Below are positions 59,901-64,000 of a stretch of 64,000 nucleotides of DNA, piece by piece. A program made the position numbers and the translations under genes. The notes beneath the pieces are model-generated. The model was not told where the DNA came from, searched no databases, and saw only the letters and a program-made list of their open reading frames with translations. Every line of letters begins with the position of its first letter. The first letter of the stretch is position 1. Source of the stretch: Macrostomum lignano (taxonomy: Eukaryota); assembly GCA_002269645.1 (NCBI GenBank), contig NIVC01003288.1, positions 42,325 to 106,324 of the forward strand. The letters are read 5' to 3'.

Positions 59901-62900
59901 CCAATAAGTACTGCACTCGGGGACCCAGACGCACCACCTCTTGTTCAGCTCGCACAGCCAGTTCGCGTATAAGAAGCTCTTGTCAGAACAGGCAGTCGTG
60001 CCGACTTTCAGCTAGCAATAGCGTCTTTGGCGACCCTTGCGTTGGTACGCTGAAGTACGTGGAGATTCGCTACAGATGCAAGGCGACGCGAGCCACGACC
60101 GGTGCACGAAAGGCCGAGAAAGCAAGATACACCGCCGCTTTGAAGAAACTTTCAAGAAGTTACAACATGATGAAGGCGAAACTAAACGCCTCCTTAAAAC
60201 GCTTGCAATCCAGGGTCAGCCGGTGTGCATTTGTAGCCCCGAAAAAAAGTAAGTAACTTTTTATCCATCACTTCTTTCATTCTTCTTTCATCACATGTTC
60301 AGGAGAGTCTTTTCGTTTATTACGCAATTCAGCTGGCTGCAAGGCGGTCAGGTGCGGCAGAGGCAAGAAGTGCGTGATGAGAAGACGGCGCTTTGCTGGT
60401 CGAATGGCCTACAAACCGGCCTGCGTTAGAGTGCCGCCGAGTGGTGAGATTTGCACGTTTCTGTAAAATAAGCTGCCGTTGTTGAAGCCAAATAGAAAGT
60501 GCACACTTCAACCAAAATTGCAGCTCTGTGTGCCAGAATCAGATGCGGTCGCGGGCGTCGCTGCGTGATTCGGACGAAAAGGCGTCGAATTGGGCGTCGA
60601 GTGCGAGTTTTCAAGTCGGCTAAATGTCAGCCCAGGAAAAGTAAGCTTCGAGGCGAATTTGGACAACAAAATCTATTTTTTATAGAGTGAAACAATTACT
60701 TTTGAGCAAAAATTTCACGAATGACCGAGGTGCTAATCCCTGTATTGGTTACTGAGTCTTAGTCTACTCTAAACTTAGTCTACTCTACTTAGTCTACTCT
60801 AAATTGTCCTTTTCGGCAGGTCTCTACACGGTGGAATTAATGAAAGGACTCAACTTTAGGATTTAACATCCACAAATCAGATCTTTTCATGTATATATAT
60901 ATATACGCCCTCCAAATCAAGACTACTTGGCGCTTTGAATGCGATATAAATACTTCTAAAATATTTCTAAAACCTTCCTAATCACAACACGTTCAACAAT
61001 TTACCTTTCCAAAGCAGGAATAACAGTAATATTTAAATACTCTTTGAATTTCATCTTCTGAAATATTTCTTAAAAAGTTGAAATTGCTGAGACAGATATG
61101 TGCCTTTAAATCAAGGTCTGTTACGTTAAGTATCCATTATAAATAGGTTCTTGAAATCGCTTGAAATGTTAGTTAGTAAGCATCGTATTGTAAAACCGTT
61201 CTTTTTTATCCTACTGTGAGAATGAGTCGCCGTCATGGCGATATTTCGGATTTTCAAGTCAGATCGTCCAGAATTTTCAGTAAGAAATAGACTCACCGTA
61301 AAAACATTCGACACCCTTTCTTGTGACTTTTCCAACAGACCTGTGCAGCACCATGAAGTGCCGCTCGGGCTCGCGGTGCCGAGTTGTCTATCAAACAAAG
61401 ACTGTGCGTCGCCGGGTGCGCAGGCGTCAGAAGCGATGCTCCTGCAATCGGGCAGTCAAATCGAAGGCGGCGAAATCCGCAGCAAGAGGCTCCGCTGTTG
61501 ACATGGCGTTCGTGATTGATACAACCGGAAGCATGGGCCGAGTGATTCGCAGCATTCAGAGCAACATAATTAAGATTGTGAAGGCTAACAGAGGCACAGT
61601 CAGTCGGTTTGTTGTCGCTCCATTTAATGATCCTAAGGTAAGACGCTGGAGTTTTGAAAGTAATTCAGTGACAAAATATCTGAAAAGACTTAGCTCTCTC
61701 AAAATCTATTTAAAGTTTACTAAGTTTGAGCTTTGATGGCAAATTTAATGCCGGTTTTAAGGAGCCTCGAGTCCATTCCACTGACCCTTGACTACGCACA
61801 CGGATACGCAGCCAAGTACACTCTCACAGGGTGGCCAGTGGCCCTTACTTTCACATCGTCAGGTAGTGTAAAGAATCTGTGAATTGCAGAGCTTGGTCCT
61901 CATGGGGGAAAATTCCCAGACAAAGGGCCTGTCAACTTAAGCTCATAAAGTGGAGCCCGAGTAACCTATGTACACAAATTATGCGTCGTTCTGCTCTCAG
62001 TGACACTAGGAAGCATATTTGGCAAAAATGCGACAAAAATTGGACTTGGGATAGGGAAGAACAACCAAGGGGATGATTAGTGACTTATATTAACTTAAGC
62101 TTATAAAGTCCCTAATTATGTCCTTGCTTGTTCTCCCCGAACCCAAGTCAAATTTTTGTCGCATTTTTGCCAAACCCAGCTTCCTGGTGTCACTGTGAGC
62201 AGAACAACGCATCATTTTTGTGGTTACCCGGGCTCCACTTTATGAGCTTAAGTTGACAGGCTGTTTTTGTGCTCAAATCCTAAACTAATTTGGCTGCGCC
62301 TGGACGGCTTCTCTGCCCCTTCTAAGTCGCTAGGGAATGTGGTGAAAAATGATTGTTAAGTGATTCTCGGTTTTAGAGTTCTGCTTCTTTAAAATTGACG
62401 ACCTCCTTTCTTACGAGATATGTTTTCCAAGCAGCGCCACACAAGTTAAAGCCTGGATATAATGTTTTAAGCCCATCTTAGATGTGCTTTCATGATTCAC
62501 TATTTTTGCTTATCATTTAGGTCGGGCCGCTGACAGTCAGCACGAAGGCGGGATCAATAGTATCAGCAGTGAGACGCCTGAGGGCTCGAGGCGGCGGCGA
62601 CTGTCCAGAGTTAGCGATGCGCGGCATTCTGGCCGCAGCCAGAAAGGTTAAGCGCGGCTCCGTGATCTACGTGTTTACCGACGCCAGCGCTAAAGATTAC
62701 AGGTTGCAGAAAAAGGTAAAATGATTTTGCAATGGTGCATGTCTTTTGGAAAATTATATACGCAAATCTGAAAATATATAATTTTTGTTCAACTATTCAT
62801 GTAGGTACGCAGAGTCATCGACAACAAGAACCTGCAGATGGTGTTTATTGTCACGGGAAGACTTTGCGGAAGAAATTACCACAAAGAGTACCAGGCTCTT

Positions 62901-63916
62901 TCCAGAGGCAATGGCCGTGTCATCACTTTGAACAGCCGAAAAGTCAACAAGGTGCTGAGCTTCATCCGTCGAGCCGTCGCCCTGGGCAGCTCCCGTCTTA
63001 GACGCTTGAATCTGTCTGATCTTGGAAGCTACATCCGGAAGTGTAAGTGCAGAAGTGTGACACGTGTTATCACGAGGACTACAAGAAATACCGACGGGTG
63101 GCCAGGTGCACAAAGAGGGCTCCTGGTGACTGCAAATCTCGCAAGTGCAGCAAGGGCTTCAAGTGTGTTGCAATCAAGACTCGATCGATACCGAGCAGAA
63201 CAGTGACGCGCTGCGTCCGGTCCAGCAGTAAGTTTATTTCTGTCATTATGAAGGCAGATTTTTTGTTTAGTAAAGTAAATAGTGTATAAAAAGTAGCACA
63301 TTTGTTTTTTTTACATAATTACCCGATTAATTAATTTTGTAATAATTTTGAGAGATGAGCAATTTTAAGTAACTGTACTGAAGGACTATTCTACTTCTAT
63401 GCTGCCACTATGATATCTTATTGACTTCTTTCACGAGTAAAAGGTTACTTTAATCAATTAATAAATGAGCTACTTTTTAATTTACAGACCTTTGCAACAA
63501 CATCAAATGCCGCAAGGGCTACGCGTGCAAGGTGCGCAAGTTTGGTCGCATGTACACCAGACGAGGACGCCGATACAGACTTGTCCGATTCAAGGCCCGT
63601 TGCGTTCGTGTCAAAACTGGTGAAAATTCGGTTTTTGTCCTGTTAATTGAAGCGTTTATCCTTTTCCGGAACATTTATTAGAAACAAACGAATTCATTAA
63701 AAACCACCAGATCTGTGTTCCCGCGTACGCTGCGGAAGATTCAGGCGCTGCGTTGTTTCCAATCGGTACAGCCGGGCCTACATAATCAGCAGCACTAAGC
63801 GTTACAAGCGGCTGGTCGCTCGCAGAGCCGTCGAGTACGGAGACGCAAGGCCATCGCTGCTAGGCGATATGCCGCAAGACTGAAGGCACTCTCTAAGAGG
63901 CCCCGACGAAGATCAG
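44953..63916 (+). CDS. Giant secreted polycationic Arg/Cys-rich protein with 5 hemicentin-type vWA domains, SUEL lectin and FOLN-like modules (>=27 exons, ~2700 aa in window, continues past 64000)
   Basis: Exons 44953-45035 (signal peptide MRLALLLLSALLFVTVFCELADA), 45603-46325, 46415-46633, 46724-47121, 47210-47260, 47352-47396, 47492-47587, 47677-47918, 48009-48250, 51956-52592, 52676-52917, 53398-53849, 54987-55228, 55319-55560, 55665-56820, 58319-58560, 58651-58892, 58997-59448, 59536-59733, 59802-60248, 60333-60443, 60524-60640, 61339-61637, 62521-62715, 62805-63227, 63488-63619, 63711-63916. All junctions are GT-AG and phase-consistent once three 1-bp deletions (~55811, ~63080, ~63828) are corrected. 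Confidence 0.85.
45081..45240 (+). mobile_element. tRNA-derived CORE-SINE, copy 2, in intron 1 of the giant gene
   Basis: Box A-like TAGCCTAGTGG and box B GGTTCGAGTCC, then CORE TGTGTCCTTGAGCAAGAAACTTAACTCTGC..TCAGTTTACCCAGCTGTAAAATGGG (45151-45211) and the same tail as copy 1. Confidence 0.8.
45603..47587 (+). CDS. Giant gene: protamine-like Arg-rich segment followed by ~20 short C-x2-G-[YF]-x(4-5)-C-V repeats (exons 2-7)
   Basis: Examples: ARRLKARRVRRAAIRYRVTRVSRRIRR; CPAGYKRRGNMCF, CPRGFTRYGSRCV, CPKNYVKRGSACV, CPSGYRRAGRMCV. Confidence 0.85.
47814..52145 (+). CDS. Giant gene: hemicentin-type vWA domain 1 (split by the 90-bp and 3.7-kb introns)
   Basis: DMAFVVDVTGSM (MIDAS-type DxTGS), FVLVPYGDPKVGP, GGGDCAE, IVYVFTDAS, LNFLITGNLC. 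These match the motif order of the hemicentin N-terminal vWA (AFVFDVTGSM..LVPFHDPEIGP..GGGDCPE..IYVFTDA..VFVLTGDC). Confidence 0.9.
49494..50690 (-). CDS. FkbM-family (Methyltransf_21-like) SAM-dependent methyltransferase with N-terminal membrane anchor, nested antisense in a giant-gene intron; two 1-bp frameshifts
   Basis: Motifs FLDIGSNLSIYSL, YPVVAIDAN and VVIKMDIES. The MTase frame stays open upstream of the listed ORF to ~50475 (KNCPPFNELRNVDF..). The anchor HLFLVACPSITLITVTYFV lies in an adjacent frame. One A fewer in the run at 50476-50479 and one more in the run at 50681-50686 gives one intronless ORF from ATG 50690. Confidence 0.78.
52488..53585 (+). CDS. Giant gene: hemicentin-type vWA domain 2
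   Basis: DMAFVVDVTGSMS, FVLVPFADPVVGP, GGGDCPE, IMYVFTDAS, VNFLISGNLC across exons 51956-52592, 52676-52917, 53398-53849. Confidence 0.9.
55124..55850 (+). CDS. Giant gene: hemicentin-type vWA domain 3 (near-identical to vWA1; 1-bp deletion at ~55811)
   Basis: Exons and the 90-bp intron are nearly identical to 47760-48250; ACTCGGCTAGC here versus ACTCGGGCTAGC in the other two copies. Confidence 0.88.
56004..56693 (+). repeat. Coding 54-bp tandem repeat: 13 x CRRGYRRVKG[KR]CVRYSR[RS]
   Basis: Read from ORF 55737-56834; unit TGCCGTCGAGGATACAGACGCGTGAAGGGCAAGTGCGTGAGGTACTCGAGAAGG. Confidence 0.95.
58456..59190 (+). CDS. Giant gene: hemicentin-type vWA domain 4 (near-identical to vWA1/3)
   Basis: Same motifs and exon sizes (242/242 bp) as vWA3; intact frame. 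Confidence 0.9.
59822..60079 (+). CDS. Giant gene: SUEL / rhamnose-galactose-binding lectin domain
   Basis: CE....ISC..G..IDIVSGFYGR....C....C......SSC.NRQSC...ASNSVFGDPCVGTLKYVEIRYRC, with the diagnostic FGDPC.GT.KY and 8 Cys. Confidence 0.93.
60333..61460 (+). CDS. Giant gene: follistatin-N-like (FOLN-like) single-exon modules; more occur at 63488-63916
   Basis: CKAVRCGRGKKCV..KPACV, LCARIRCGRGRRCV..KCQP, LCSTMKCRSGSRCRV; later LCNNIKCRKGYACKV and LCSRVRCGRFRRCVV. Each sits in a phase-1 exon. Confidence 0.6.
61500..62990 (+). CDS. Giant gene: hemicentin-type vWA domain 5
   Basis: DMAFVIDTTGSM, FVVAPFNDPK|VGP, GGGDCPELAM, IYVFTDASAKDYRL, MVFIVTG, LNSRKVNKVLSFI; closest of the five to hemicentin (FTDARSKDYRL..LDKKQVNEVL). 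Confidence 0.92.
61927..62261. mobile_element. Foldback / palindromic MITE (~335 bp) in a giant-gene intron
   Basis: GCCTGTCAACTTAAGCTCATAAAGTGGAGCCCG..GTAACC is mirrored at the right end by GGTTAC..CGGGCTCCACTTTATGAGCTTAAGTTGACAGGC. The arms stay complementary for ~140 bp with mismatches; no clear TSD. Confidence 0.7.
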
Positions 63917-64000
63917 GTAATATGAATGTGGCGGCTGAAAGCTGCAATACAGTCACACTTGCTAAACTACAAAGTTTAATGTAATCTACTTCTGCAATAT

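Overview
Eukaryotic, intron-containing animal DNA. GC-rich exons, short GT-AG introns, abundant micro/minisatellites and the gene families present point to an invertebrate, most plausibly the flatworm Macrostomum (inference, not verified). The supplied ORF track uses GTG/TTG starts and ignores introns, so I built spliced models by hand. In order, the window holds: (1) the 5' half of an ABCA transporter (minus) whose first ATPase domain lacks two catalytic residues; (2) a C-type lectin + PAN-like gene with a frameshift; (3) a solo LTR with a 4-bp TSD; (4) a head-to-head pair of CUB-LDLa-LDLa-trypsin proteases with essentially identical protease exons but diverged N-terminal exons; (5) an orphan class A GPCR; (6) two tRNA-derived CORE-SINE copies, a Harbinger-type MITE, a foldback MITE and a 94-nt hairpin; (7) a single-exon neuropeptide-like prohormone ending PPGIW-RRRR; (8) a 4-exon uncharacterised gene with a higher-order 16-bp satellite in one intron. 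The main find is at 44953 to >64000: one giant gene of at least 27 exons (~8.1 kb coding in the window, ~2700 aa, 3' end outside). It encodes a secreted, extremely Arg/Lys-rich protein with a protamine-like N-terminus, CxxGY disulfide repeats, five hemicentin-type vWA domains, a SUEL lectin domain and follistatin-N-like modules. An FkbM-type methyltransferase gene is nested antisense in its largest intron. Several single-base frameshifts, mostly in homopolymers, look like long-read assembly errors. No rRNA, tRNA gene or CRISPR array was found.
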